Assembly (NCBI GenBank): GCA_965215195.1
Contig: CBDCDC010000002.1
Span: 288,001 to 352,000 of the forward strand
Source of the DNA: Candidatus Latescibacterota bacterium
Lineage (GTDB): Bacteria; Latescibacterota; UBA2968; UBA8231
Length of the DNA: 64,000 nt
Reading direction: 5' to 3'
The position numbers and the translations under genes are program-made. Numbering within the stretch: position 1 is the first letter of the stretch; each line of letters opens with the position of its first letter. A model generated the notes under the pieces. That model ran no database searches. It was not told the DNA's origin and worked only from the letters and a program-made list of their open reading frames with translations. This document shows positions 1-9,866 of this stretch, one piece after another.

Positions 1-1042
1 CGATGACGCCGCTCCAAGCCAGCAGGTAGCTGTCGTGGGTGGACATGAAGGCCGCGAACATCCCGGCCATGAGCAGACCGGCTATGCCGATGGGCAGGAT
101 TTTGCCGAGCATTTCGGGCATGGCGTAGTGGGGGTCGAGCGCGGGATCGCCAAAATAGGCCAGTGCCGCAATGCCCCAAAACATCGGCACCATGGCCCGC
201 CCCATGACCGTACCCGCCGAGATCCAGAACACGCGGCGGGCCACCTTGGGGCTTTCGGCACTCAGCGGCCGCATCATTTCGGGTTGCCAGACCACGCCGA
301 CCAAGCCGACGCAAAACAAAAACAAGATCATTGAGATGCCGTAGCCGGGGTTGGCGATTGGGTCGAAGCCGATGTCGCCTTTGTGCGTCTCGACAGCTTG
401 GACCATGGTGTCCCAGCCGAGTTGCGGGTGATTGAGAATGATGTACGTGCCAAAGAAAAACCCCAGTGCCAGCAGTACGAACTGGGCGAAATCCGTCAGC
501 ACCACCGAGACCATGCCGCCCATTAAGGTGTAGAAGACGACGATGACCAACATGCCGATCATGACGTAGTTGACGTATTCCTTGTCGAGGCCGGTGAAGC
601 CGACGACGAACTTGCTGCCGAGGATGGGGAACAGCCCCATGTTGAGGGTGCCGGCGAGGGTGAGGATGATGCCGCCGAGCAGGCGCACGCCGCGCGTGTA
701 TTTGAGCTGGTAGAACTCGGGCACGGTCATCACCTGCAAGTGGCGCAGGCGGCTGACGATAAAGCCAGTGCGCCCGATGATCAGGGTGGTGATCAGGGCC
801 ATGAGGCCAAAGACGAAGGGCACGAAGCCGTACTTAAAGCCCTCCTCGGCCATGTACATGACCGTTACTAGCCCCAAGCCGGTTGAGACCATCGTGGCGA
901 CGGCCATGTGGGTTTTGAGGCCGCGGCCGGCCACGAGAAAATCCGAGATGCCCTTGATGGCACCTCGGGCCAACGTGCCGGCGACGATGGTAGCGCCGAC
1001 ATAGACGAGGACGATGGCGTAGTCGATATAGCTGAGGTGCAT
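1..1042 (-). CDS. Sodium:solute symporter (SSS) family permease, runs off the left edge
   Basis: Manual translation from ATG at 1042: MHLSYIDYAIVLVYVGATIVAG...ISDFLVAGRGL...TVPEFYQLKY, a typical SSS N-terminus. AGGAGA RBS upstream. Absent from the ORF track because it is open-ended. Confidence 0.85.
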   Translation of the reverse strand, partial: MHLSYIDYAIVLVYVGATIVAGTLARGAIKGISDFLVAGRGLKTHMAVATMVSTGLGLVTVMYMAEEGFKYGFVPFVFGLMALITTLIIGRTGFIVSRLRHLQVMTVPEFYQLKYTRGVRLLGGIILTLAGTLNMGLFPILGSKFVVGFTGLDKEYVNYVMIGMLVIVVFYTLMGGMVSVVLTDFAQFVLLALGFFFGTYIILNHPQLGWDTMVQAVETHKGDIGFDPIANPGYGISMILFLFCVGLVGVVWQPEMMRPLSAESPKVARRVFWISAGTVMGRAMVPMFWGIAALAYFGDPALDPHYAMPEMLGKILPIGIAGLLMAGMFAAFMSTHDSYLLAWSGVI

Positions 1043-1218
1043 GCGTTCTCCTGTATGCGGTGTGGCGGATGAGCAAACGCGCTAATATAATCTTTGTGCA
1101 GGGCTTGTTAAACCCTGCCCGGTATTTTTGACAGCCGCCGCACCGGGCGTTAATTAGGCGCGTGTATAGCAGGCTTGGGTGCGCTCCTGCGGAACGGCGC
1201 GACGATGGAGAATGTTCT

Positions 1219-2205
1219 ATGGCTGAGAGAAACGTCGAAGAAGCGGCAGCGGATGCACCAGTGCTGTACCTGCCCGACGGCAAGCGGTTGGTGTTCCCCG
1301 GCTGCCACGCCAAGCACGTGTCGGCGGCCGCGATCGAAACGTATGAAGGTCGCTTTGAGTATTGGCACGGCCCGACCGAGACCCTGATCGTAGCCGACGA
1401 CGACGCACACATCGTCAGTGCCGACCACGAACTACCGGCCCAATACTTGGCGCAGCTAACTCAACAGCTCGCCGACGAGTGCGGCGCACACTTTATGGCG
1501 TTTGGCACCACCAGCATCTGGCGGCTGGACGCCGAGGGCCGCTACGAGGCGATCATGCGGCCCGATCAGTGCATCTATCTGCGCCCGCAGGAGGCTTGGT
1601 TGCCAGATCGCCAAGGGCTGAAACTGGGCGTTCACACCCTGCCGGACGTGGTTTTGGAAGTGGATCACACCACGGACATTCGGCAGGGCAAGTTGCAGAC
1701 GTATGCGTCGTGGGGGTTCCCGGAGTTGTGGGTGGAGGTGCCAGAGGCGTTCACGCCGTATCGACGGGCGGGTTTGCCGGGGTTGACGATTCGCGTGTGG
1801 GAGGGGGGTGGCTATCGGGAGGTGGATGCGAGCCGAGCGTTTGCGGGCTGGACCGCGGCCGAGATTCACACCGCCCTGAACGAGCGGACGGGCTGGTCGG
1901 CGGCGACGATTGCGGCGTTGGTGCGAGTCGCCAAGGCCCTGACCAAGCAATTGGGCACGGCTGGTCCAGAGGGTACGCCGCGGCTGTGGAGGCATCGCGC
2001 CGAGGGTCGGGCGCAAGGCCATGCCGAAGGCGAACGGGCGTTATTGTGCCGCTTGGCGGCGCGGCGGTTTGGCAACGAGGTGGCCGAGAGCTTGGGGGAG
2101 CTGTTGGCAGGCATGGCGAGCGAGGATTTGGTGTCAGTGGCCGATTGGATCGTCGAATGCGCCAGCCGCGACGAGTTGCTGCGGCGGGTGCGCGAGAGCG
2201 GCTAA
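1219..2205 (+). CDS. Uma2 (DUF820)-like PD-(D/E)XK nuclease-fold protein with DUF4351-like C-terminal tail
   Basis: Motifs RPDQCIY and LPDVVLEVDHT...KLQTYASWGFPELW. Tail EGRAQGHAEGERALLCRLAARRFG...WIVECASRDELL. Start moved to the ATG after GGAG. Confidence 0.75.
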   Translation: MAERNVEEAAADAPVLYLPDGKRLVFPGCHAKHVSAAAIETYEGRFEYWHGPTETLIVADDDAHIVSADHELPAQYLAQLTQQLADECGAHFMAFGTTSIWRLDAEGRYEAIMRPDQCIYLRPQEAWLPDRQGLKLGVHTLPDVVLEVDHTTDIRQGKLQTYASWGFPELWVEVPEAFTPYRRAGLPGLTIRVWEGGGYREVDASRAFAGWTAAEIHTALNERTGWSAATIAALVRVAKALTKQLGTAGPEGTPRLWRHRAEGRAQGHAEGERALLCRLAARRFGNEVAESLGELLAGMASEDLVSVADWIVECASRDELLRRVRESG

Positions 2206-2225
2206 ACGGAGGAAAGGAGCAGAAA

Positions 2226-2630
2226 ATGACGCAATGGATGCTGTTGGTCGCGGCCCTGTCGTGGGCTGGTTGTGCGGGCGATGACGCGACGTTGGGGCCG
2301 GACGGATCGGACGGCGAGGCCACTCTAGCGCAGGTCAGCGAGGTTTTTGCGGTTAGTTGCGCCACTTCGAGCTGCCACCGCGGCGGAGAGCCCGCGGCCG
2401 GTTTGTCGCTGGAGGGCGACTTTGCCGCTCGCATCGTCGGCGTCGCCAGCGGTCAGCGGCCCGATTTCCCGCTCGTCGATCCGGGGAATCCCGACGGCTC
2501 GTACCTGCTGATAAAGGTGCGCGGCGACGACGAAATCGTCAGCCAGCAAATGCCGCCGGGCAGGACGTTGCCCGCAGAGCAGGTGGAGATAATTCGCGCG
2601 TGGATCGCCAGCGGAGCACCTGTACCGTAG
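2226..2630 (+). CDS. Lipoprotein with planctomycete-type cytochrome c domain (CX4CH)
   Basis: AAGGAG RBS, lipobox WAGC, heme-like motif CATSSCH, VDPGNPDGSYL...QMPPG...IRAWIASGA. Confidence 0.7.
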   Translation: MTQWMLLVAALSWAGCAGDDATLGPDGSDGEATLAQVSEVFAVSCATSSCHRGGEPAAGLSLEGDFAARIVGVASGQRPDFPLVDPGNPDGSYLLIKVRGDDEIVSQQMPPGRTLPAEQVEIIRAWIASGAPVP

Positions 2631-2650
2631 CACCAAATCCACCCCTCGTC

Positions 2651-2675
2651 GCAGGGGCGACCGACCCGGTCGCCC
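2651..2675 (+). repeat. REP-like palindrome
   Basis: GCAGGGGCGACC-GACCC-GGTCGCCC, an intergenic hairpin resembling GTAG-type REP sequences. Confidence 0.45.
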
Positions 2676-2737
2676 AACCTGCACCGCCCCCAGGGCATGT
2701 CCCTACGGCGTCTTCTCCTCCCAGACAAGGAGTTACC

Positions 2738-3787
2738 ATGCCCGTCTTTTCTCCATCGTCCTTAATCGAAACCAGCGCCTCCATTTTTGCCGCGGCTGGA
2801 ATGCGCCCCGGGGAGGCCCATGTGGTCGCTGAATTGCTCGTCGAGGCCAATCTCGTCGGCCACGACTCGCACGGCGTCATCCGCATCCCCCAGTACTTGG
2901 GCCAAGTCGAAGCCGGCGATATTGTGCCAGACGCCGCGGTCGAAGTCGTTCACGAGGCCCCGACGCTCGCGGTACTCGACGCGCATTGGGGCTTTGGGCA
3001 GGTGGCGATGAGTCGCGGCGTGGACCTCGGATTGGAAAAGGCGCGCGCTGTGGGCATGGCCGCTATCTCCGTCCGCCAAGCCAATCACATCGGCCGCCTC
3101 GGCAGCTACGTGGAGCGCATTGCCGCGGAAACCGCTATCGCCTTGTTGTTCGTCAACGGTGCGCCGGTCTGCCGCATGGCTCCGTGGGGCGGGCGCGAAG
3201 CTCGGCACGGCACCAATCCAATCGCCATGGCGTTTCCGTCGCGCAGCGGCCCGCCGGTCGTCCTCGACATGACCACGTCGGCTGTGGCCGAGGGCAAGGT
3301 GCGGGTGCAGCGCAATCGCGGTGCCAAGGTGCCCGACGGCTGGCTGCTCGACGCCGAAGGCCAGCCGACCAACGATCCCCACGCCCTGTACGCGGACCCG
3401 CCCGGCACCATCTTGCCCTTGGGCGGCCGCCTCGGCCACAAGGGCTACGGCCTGAATGTGGCGGTCGAGCTGTTGGCCGGCGCATTGGCTGGGGCCGGCT
3501 GCATTGGCCAAGATCGGCCCTTCCGCAACGGGGCCTTGTTGTTGGTGCTCGACGTGGAAAAGCTGGTGGGGTTAGACGCCTACTTCGCCGAGGCCGACCC
3601 GTACATCGCGTTTGTCAAGTCCGCGGCTACTGCCCCGGGCGTCGAAGCGATCTTGATGCCCGGGGAGATCGAGCGGGCGGTGGCAGAGAAGCGGAAGGGG
3701 GAAGGAATCTTCGTAGAGGACGAGACGTGGGCGCAGATTGTGGAGAGTGCGGCGCAGGTGGGGGTAGGGGTTATTGCTCCGGCCTGA
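2738..3787 (+). CDS. Ldh_2 family (malate/L-lactate/ureidoglycolate-type) oxidoreductase
   Basis: Motifs GHDSHGV, NHIGRLG, GTNPIA, LDMTTS, GHKGYGL, PGEIE. AAGGAG RBS before ATG 2738. Confidence 0.9.
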   Translation: MPVFSPSSLIETSASIFAAAGMRPGEAHVVAELLVEANLVGHDSHGVIRIPQYLGQVEAGDIVPDAAVEVVHEAPTLAVLDAHWGFGQVAMSRGVDLGLEKARAVGMAAISVRQANHIGRLGSYVERIAAETAIALLFVNGAPVCRMAPWGGREARHGTNPIAMAFPSRSGPPVVLDMTTSAVAEGKVRVQRNRGAKVPDGWLLDAEGQPTNDPHALYADPPGTILPLGGRLGHKGYGLNVAVELLAGALAGAGCIGQDRPFRNGALLLVLDVEKLVGLDAYFAEADPYIAFVKSAATAPGVEAILMPGEIERAVAEKRKGEGIFVEDETWAQIVESAAQVGVGVIAPA

Positions 3788-5150
3788 GCGGGTCCAGCAG
3801 GCGGCCCAGTTGTCCCACCAAGTAAAGCGGCAGCGAGAGCAAGGTCATTTCCACGGTCTGCCGCGTTCCGCTCACTTGGTGCCGGATGGGCTGGACGGTG
3901 GGCGGATTGAGGTCGAAGCGCACCGCGAGGCGCGTCCCTTTGGCCAAGGCGAACTGGTGCAGCGAGCGCAGGGTGCCGCTGGTGCCCGCTTTGACTTCGA
4001 CCGGCACGATCCAAGCCCCCCGGGCAATCGCGTAATCGACTTCGGCGTTGGCACTTTTCCCTTCCCGCAGCCAGTAGTTCAGACGGGGCGTCTCCCGACC
4101 CTCTTCCAAGTAGAGTAGGTGTTGACCGACGAACTGTTCGGCCAAGGCACCTTCATTGACCAGCCGGCGGTCGTCCAAGTCTTTCAGAGCCAGCCAGTCT
4201 AGGCCGCACAGCCGATTCATCAAGCCGATGTCCAAAAACAGGAGTTTGTAGGTCTTCCAATCGACATCGGCGTGGATAGGCACCCCGGAACAGGCACTGT
4301 GGAAGACGGGCGCAATGACCCGGGCCTTGGCTAGCAAGTCAATGGCGGCTCGCAGTTCGCGGGCGGTCTCCTCGCGGTGGATCTGGGTGTATTTGACTTT
4401 GCGGCCCACGGCTCGGGGAACGTAGTTGAAGACTCGTTGCAAGCGCAGCCGGACTCGAGCGGAGGCGTACTTGGCAAAATCGTCTTGGTAGGTATCGACG
4501 ATGGACTGATGCACGGGTCTCACGTCGGCAAAGCAGCGGGTAGAGCTATACGCGGCTACGGCTTCGGGCATACCACCTACCAGCAAGTATTCCCGCTGAT
4601 AGGCCGCCAAGCGGGTGTGGGCGGTATGGGGTAGGGGATGCTCAAAGGTGTAGTTTTGCAGATAGGCCAAGAGGGGCGGGTCCAGTTCGGCGAGAAATTC
4701 TTCAAAGCTCATCGGGCCTAGATGGAAGTATTGAATGCGCCCTACCGGCATGGTAAAAGCGTGTTGCGAGAGGACGAATTCGAGCAGGGAGCCAGCGGCG
4801 ATAACCGGCAGTTCGGGGTGGTCTTCCCAGAAATAGCGCAGGGCGGGCAAGGCGTGGGGGGTAGCTTGGATTTCGTCGAGGAAGAGTATGCTGCCCGATG
4901 CCAACAGTGGTTGCCCCAGCAGCCCTTCGAGTTCCCAGCGGATGCGCGTCAGGTCCAAGGTCTGAAAGACGGACTCTAGGACTGGGTGGCGTTCGAGGTT
5001 GATTTCGTTGAGGTGCAGGCGATGGGACTGGGCGAATTGCCGCACTAGAGTGGATTTGCCCACTTGGCGCGCACCGCGGATGACCAGCGGTTTTCGCGGT
5101 GGGGCGGCAAACCACTGGGCCAGAGCGCGTTCAGCCGATCTATACATCAT
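3771..5150 (-). CDS. AAA_14 ATPase with DUF4143 domain
   Basis: Walker A GARQVGKST, Walker B FLDEIQ, GGMPE, KLLFLDIGL, C-terminal EVDY...PVEVKAG. Confidence 0.9.
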   Translation of the reverse strand: MMYRSAERALAQWFAAPPRKPLVIRGARQVGKSTLVRQFAQSHRLHLNEINLERHPVLESVFQTLDLTRIRWELEGLLGQPLLASGSILFLDEIQATPHALPALRYFWEDHPELPVIAAGSLLEFVLSQHAFTMPVGRIQYFHLGPMSFEEFLAELDPPLLAYLQNYTFEHPLPHTAHTRLAAYQREYLLVGGMPEAVAAYSSTRCFADVRPVHQSIVDTYQDDFAKYASARVRLRLQRVFNYVPRAVGRKVKYTQIHREETARELRAAIDLLAKARVIAPVFHSACSGVPIHADVDWKTYKLLFLDIGLMNRLCGLDWLALKDLDDRRLVNEGALAEQFVGQHLLYLEEGRETPRLNYWLREGKSANAEVDYAIARGAWIVPVEVKAGTSGTLRSLHQFALAKGTRLAVRFDLNPPTVQPIRHQVSGTRQTVEMTLLSLPLYLVGQLGRLLDPLRPEQ

Positions 5151-5158
5151 AATAAATA

Positions 5159-5207
5159 AAAATGCTCCCTTTTTCGTACGTACAATGTATAAAAAAGGGG
5201 GCATTTT
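5159..5207. promoter_or_regulatory. Inverted repeat (putative operator) upstream of the AAA ATPase
   Basis: AAAATGCTCCCTTTTT-N17-AAAAAGGGGGCATTTT, 15/16 complementary. Confidence 0.5.
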
Positions 5208-5279
5208 ACAAGCCTCGCGAGCCGCTTGTGGGGCGGTCAGTCGGCGACGGTTTCGTCCACGGCGACGCCCATTGGTTGG

Positions 5280-5328
5280 CGGTGCATCCTCCATAGCCCT
5301 GTTGTGAGAATCACTAACGCTGCTCATA
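5280..5328 (-). pseudogene. 5' stub of an 'HNRAM'-family gene (paralogue of 11791-12168)
   Basis: MSSVSDSHNRAME resembles MSAANNPHNRAMD at 12168. Similarity is lost after about 13 codons. Confidence 0.5.
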
Positions 5329-5485
5329 TTTCTGTAATACCCATTTGATGCGATGGCCGGCCAAAGGGCGAGTAGCAAATGACGCATTCCTTTGACCGGC
5401 CAGAAGAGGTGCTTTCGTCGGTGTGGAAAGACTCCGATCATTTCACCGAGGAATTGCGATTTGCAATTCCAAGGAGCTCTAAGAC

Positions 5486-5701
5486 ATGAACCCCAAAAAG
5501 CGTCCAAACCATAGATTGTATATTGAGACTCTGCGCAAAATGACCCCTGAACAGAGGCTACTAAAGGCGTTTGAGCTTTCTTCTTTTGCTAAGCAACTTT
5601 TTATTCATGGGTTGAGAAAGAGATTCCCCGATGTTTCGGCGGTAGAGTTTGCTCAAATTCTCAAGGATCGTCTGGATAAATGTCACAACAGGAACTACTG
5701 A
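5486..5701 (+). CDS. Small helical protein, putative MenA1/Rv0078B-like antitoxin
   Basis: LRKMTPEQRL..AFELS...GLRKRFP pattern. Overlaps the downstream nucleotidyltransferase gene. Confidence 0.55.
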   Translation: MNPKKRPNHRLYIETLRKMTPEQRLLKAFELSSFAKQLFIHGLRKRFPDVSAVEFAQILKDRLDKCHNRNY

Positions 5702-6246
5702 AAGAGGTCGTCGAAACGCTTGACCAGAACGGCATTGACTATATGCTAACGGGTTCTGTGGTTTCGAGTTTGCAAGGAGAGCCGCGATCGACTCATGATA
5801 TCGATGTGGTAGTTGCCATGCAAGAAACCGACATCGAGAAGCTGATTGACGCCTTTCTTCCTCCCATCTACTATCTCGATGCAGAATCTATACGAGAAGC
5901 CATATCCCACAGGTCAATGTTCAACCTGATAAATGTAGTAGAGGGAGATAAAGTTGACTTTTGGATTTTGACCGAGCAAGCGTTCGATCAGTCGCGTTTT
6001 GCGCGCAAGTATGTAGAAGACGTGTGGGGGATGAGACTACAAATGTCCAGTCCCGAAGATACGATTCTCGCCAAATTACATTGGGCCGTGAAGGCGGGAG
6101 GAAGTGAGAAGCAGTTGACAGATGCCTTGCGTATCTTTGAAGTCCAATGCGGCAGTTTGGACTTGGATTATCTGAATAGATGGGCCATCGCTCTGGGTGT
6201 TGAGGAAATGTGGAAACGCCTGCAAGAGGAGGCCGAAATCCTCTAG
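5680..6246 (+). CDS. Nucleotidyltransferase (DUF6036/AbiEii/MenT-like), putative toxin
   Basis: YMLTGSVVSSLQGEPRSTHDIDVV (GS...DxD), SPEDTILAKL, KQLTD. Confidence 0.75.
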   Translation: MSQQELLKEVVETLDQNGIDYMLTGSVVSSLQGEPRSTHDIDVVVAMQETDIEKLIDAFLPPIYYLDAESIREAISHRSMFNLINVVEGDKVDFWILTEQAFDQSRFARKYVEDVWGMRLQMSSPEDTILAKLHWAVKAGGSEKQLTDALRIFEVQCGSLDLDYLNRWAIALGVEEMWKRLQEEAEIL

Positions 6247-6420
6247 AAAGGAGACTCTTAAGGAGGCGATTGATGGTGCCCCGTTACTTGGCCAACTGAC
6301 GTCAGGAATTGGCAGCGCTCTCGGCGTTCTTCGTGCCTCAAATCGGGACTTTCTGGATCTGTGGCACTTACGAGGTTCTTCAGAAAGGTTCTTCAGAAAT
6401 AGTCAAGAGTTGATAGTTAA

Positions 6421-9060
6421 ATGAACGAAGCCAGTGCCCGAGTCAAAATCAATCGGCTGCTTGAGGCGGCTGGGTGGCGGCTTTCTGTCGAAGGCGGCAA
6501 GCCGGCCAATGTTTGCCTTGAGTTGGGCGTTCCCATCAAGACGGCTGAGATCGACGCTTTGGGCGATAACTTTGAGAAGACGAGTAAGGGGTTTATCGAC
6601 TTTTTGCTGATTGACGAGGGGGGGGTTTCCGCTCATTGTGCTGGAGGCCAAGTCGGAGGACAAGGAGCCGCTGGTCGGCAAGGAGCAGGCGCGGCGGTAT
6701 GCGCGTTCGCAGAATTGCCGCTTTGTCATCTTGTCCAATGGCAACTTGCACTACTTCTGGGATTTGGAGCGCGGCAATCCGCATATCATTACGGCGTTTC
6801 CGACGCCGGATTCGGTGCAGGGGTACAAGCGGGTCATTCCGCAGCGTCAGCGGCTCGTGGAGGAGCGGGTCGGCGACGACTATATCGTGCTCACCCAGCG
6901 GCCCAACTATGCGGCGGAAGCCGCTTGGCAGAACGAAGACGAGCGCCCCGGCTACATCCAAGCCCACCATTTGCGCTTTTTGCGTCCCTATCAGTTGAAG
7001 GCACTCCACGCGCTTCAGCGGGCGGTGCGCGACGGCAAGGATCGCTTTTTGTTCGAGATGGCCACGGGCACGGGCAAGACCTTCACGGCCGCTGCGGTCA
7101 TCAAGCTGTTTCTCCGCTCGGGCAATGCCGGGCGCGTACTCTTTTTGGTCGATCGGCTCGAACTGGAGGACCAAGCCAGAAAAGTTTTCGTTGCGCTGCT
7201 CTCGTCCGACTTTCAGACGGTCATCTACAAGGAGAGCCGCGACGACTGGCGGCGCGCCGAAATCGTGGTCAGCACGGTGCAATCCCTGCTGTTCAACAAC
7301 AAGTACCAGTCGCTTTTCTCGCCTACGGACTTCGACTTGGTAACTGACGTTACGCAGTTTTCCAGAAAATTCTCAATTTCACCCCAATATCTTGGGTCAA
7401 CAGTCTTCGATAAACCACAAGATAGAGAGCAACTGCGTAACGTCAGTTGGTAATTTCCGACGAGGCGCATCGCTCCATTGGCGGCAATGCCCGCGCAGTG
7501 TTCGACTATTTCGTGGGGTACAAGCTCGGGTTGACGGCGACGCCCCGCGACTATCTGCGCGGGTTTGAGACGGGGAGCCGCGACCCGCGAGCCTTTGAGC
7601 GTCGGCTGCTGCGCGACACGTACCGCACCTTTGGGTGCGAGAGTGGGGCACCGACCTTCCGCTATTCGCTGTTGGATGGGGCGCGGGATGGGGTGCTCAT
7701 CAATCCGACAGTGGTCGATGCCCGCACCGATGTTACTACGCAGCTTCTGTCCGATGAGGGGTTTATTGTTTCGTACACGGACGAGGCGACTGGCGTGGAT
7801 CAGGAAGAAGCCTTTGAGAAGCGCGAGTTTGAGCGGGCGTTTTTCTCCGAGGCGACCAACGCGCTCTTTTGCCAGACGTTTTTGGAAAACGCTCTGTGCG
7901 ACCCGATCAGCGGCGAAATCGGCAAGTCCATTGTGTTTGCCGTCAGCCAGCGGCACGCGGCCCGGTTGGCGCAAATGCTCAACGAGATGGCGGACCGCCT
8001 GTTTCCCGGCCAGTACCAGTCGGACTTTGCCGTGCAGGTTACGTCGCAGGTGCAGGACGCCTATCAGTTCACCATCAATTTTGCCAATAACCATTTGCTC
8101 GGCGCGGGCAATTTCCTCGCCGAATATCGCACGAGCAAGGCCCGCGTCTGCGTAACGGTCAGCATGATGACGACCGGGTACGACTGCCCGGACATCCTCA
8201 ACCTCGGCCTGTTTCGGCCCATCTTTTCGCCGACGGACTTCATTCAGATCAAGGGGCGCGGCACTCGGCCGCACAACTTTCTCGGCGCGCTTTTGGACGA
8301 CGGCCTCAAGGACCGGGTCGCAGAGCCGGAGAAGACGGCGTTCAAGCTCTTCGACTTCTTTGGCAACTGCGAATACTTTGAGGATGAGTTCAACTACGAC
8401 GAGGTGTTGAAATTGCCCCGGTCACAGGGCGATGATCGCATTGGGGAAGGCGTCAATGAGCGGGCTATTTATTTTGGGGCCTACGAGCACTTGGGGACGG
8501 ACGCGCTCGTGGGGGTTCGGGAGGAGCGCATTGGGCTAAAGGGGATGCGGATCAACCGCATGTTCTTTGACCGCTTTGCCGAAACAGTGCGCGGGGATGA
8601 GACTGTTGCAGCGGCTGTCGAGGCCGGGCAGTGGGACCGGGTCTTCGAGTACGTCAACGGGGAGGTGTTCAACAAGCCAGAGGATTACTACACTTTGGAC
8701 AAGTTGCGCCGCGCCGCTGCGGTGGACCGCCGCCTGAGCCTACGCGAGATTTTGGAAAAGGTGTTTGACCTCATTCCGCGCTTTAAGTCGAAGGATGAGT
8801 TGTTGGAAGAGGAGTTCGCCAAGTTCGTCGCCGATCACGAGCCGGCTGAGGCCGAGGCCATCGCGGCGATCAAGGCGTACTTCAAGGCATACACCACCAG
8901 CGGCGGGACGCGGGACATCATTGACGGGCGGCACTTTCCGGATCTGGCAACCAACGCGGCCTTTTCCCTGAACGACTTTCGTGCGGTGCCGGCGGAGTAC
9001 CGCGTTCTCATTCCTGAATACGTCAAGGATTATGTATCATTGAACCAGTTCACGGCTTGA
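6421..9060 (+). pseudogene. hsdR: Type I restriction endonuclease R subunit, disrupted by a G8 frameshift and a MITE
   Basis: Pieces join into one protein: MNEASARVKIN...DFLLIDE / FPLIVLEAK...MATGTGKT...FDLV / ISDEAHRS...QIKGRGTR. Lesions at 6618-6625 and 7343-7452. Confidence 0.9.
7343..7447. mobile_element. 105-bp MITE with 17-bp terminal inverted repeats and 5-bp target duplication
   Basis: ACTGACGTTACGCAGTT (7343-7359) and AACTGCGTAACGTCAGT (7431-7447). TGGTA at 7338-7342 and 7448-7452. Removing it restores DLVISDEAH. Confidence 0.92.
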
Positions 9061-9089
9061 TCTGGGGATAATCCCACAAAGGGGAATCT

Positions 9090-9536
9090 ATGCTCGATGC
9101 CGCTACCAAACGCCGCATTGACACGGCCCGCGACATCCTCGTCGGCAAGGTGCCCGACCCCAAGAGCCAAGTGGAGCAGATTACCATTGCGCTCATCTAC
9201 AAGTTCATGGACGACATTGACGCTGCGAGCGAGGAGTTGGGCGGCGAGCGCACGTTCTTTGCCGGTGAGTTCGCTGGCTATGGCTGGGCCAAGCTGATGC
9301 GGGCCGGCTTGGGCGGCTACGAAATGTTGAACCTGTACGCGGAGGCCATTGCGCGGATGCCCGAAAACCCCGGCATTCCGCCGCTGTTCCGCAGCATTTT
9401 CAATCACGCTTATTTGCCGTACCGCGACCCGGAGACCCTGCGCGCCTTCCTCAAAATCATCGACGAGTTCACCTACGACCATTCCGAGCGGTTAGGCGAC
9501 GCGTACGAATATCTGCTCTCGGTCCTCCCTGAATAA
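9090..9536 (+). pseudogene. hsdM: Type I R-M methyltransferase, N-terminal fragment only
   Basis: HsdM_N-like sequence ending ERLGDAYEYLLSVL, then a stop. The catalytic SAM/NPPF domain is missing. Confidence 0.85.
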
Positions 9537-9539
9537 GCG

Positions 9540-9825
9540 CGTTCTGCCAAAGTTGTATGCCAATATCTTTCGTAGCAAACATTTCAATGATGCGATTCTG
9601 CGCCACATTAAAGGCGCACAACTTCCAAGAATAGGTTGGCAATCCTTTGCAAATATGAACATCCCTTTACCGCCGCTGGAGGTGCAGAAAAAGATCGTTG
9701 CGGAAATAGAGGGTGAGCAGGTGCTGGTGGCCGCTAACCGTAAGTTGATTGATCGATTTGAGAAGAAGATACGGGATGCGGTGGGGCGAGTGTGGGGCGA
9801 GAATGAAGCAAAAGGAACAGACTAA
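9540..9825 (+). pseudogene. hsdS: C-terminal fragment of type I specificity (S) domain
   Basis: GAQLPRI...IPLPPLEVQKKIVAEIE...DAVGRVWGE. Abuts the truncated hsdM, consistent with a deletion. Confidence 0.75.
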
Positions 9826-9866
9826 CCTTAAAAACTGGAACATTTCAGAACAACCGACAGGGATAA

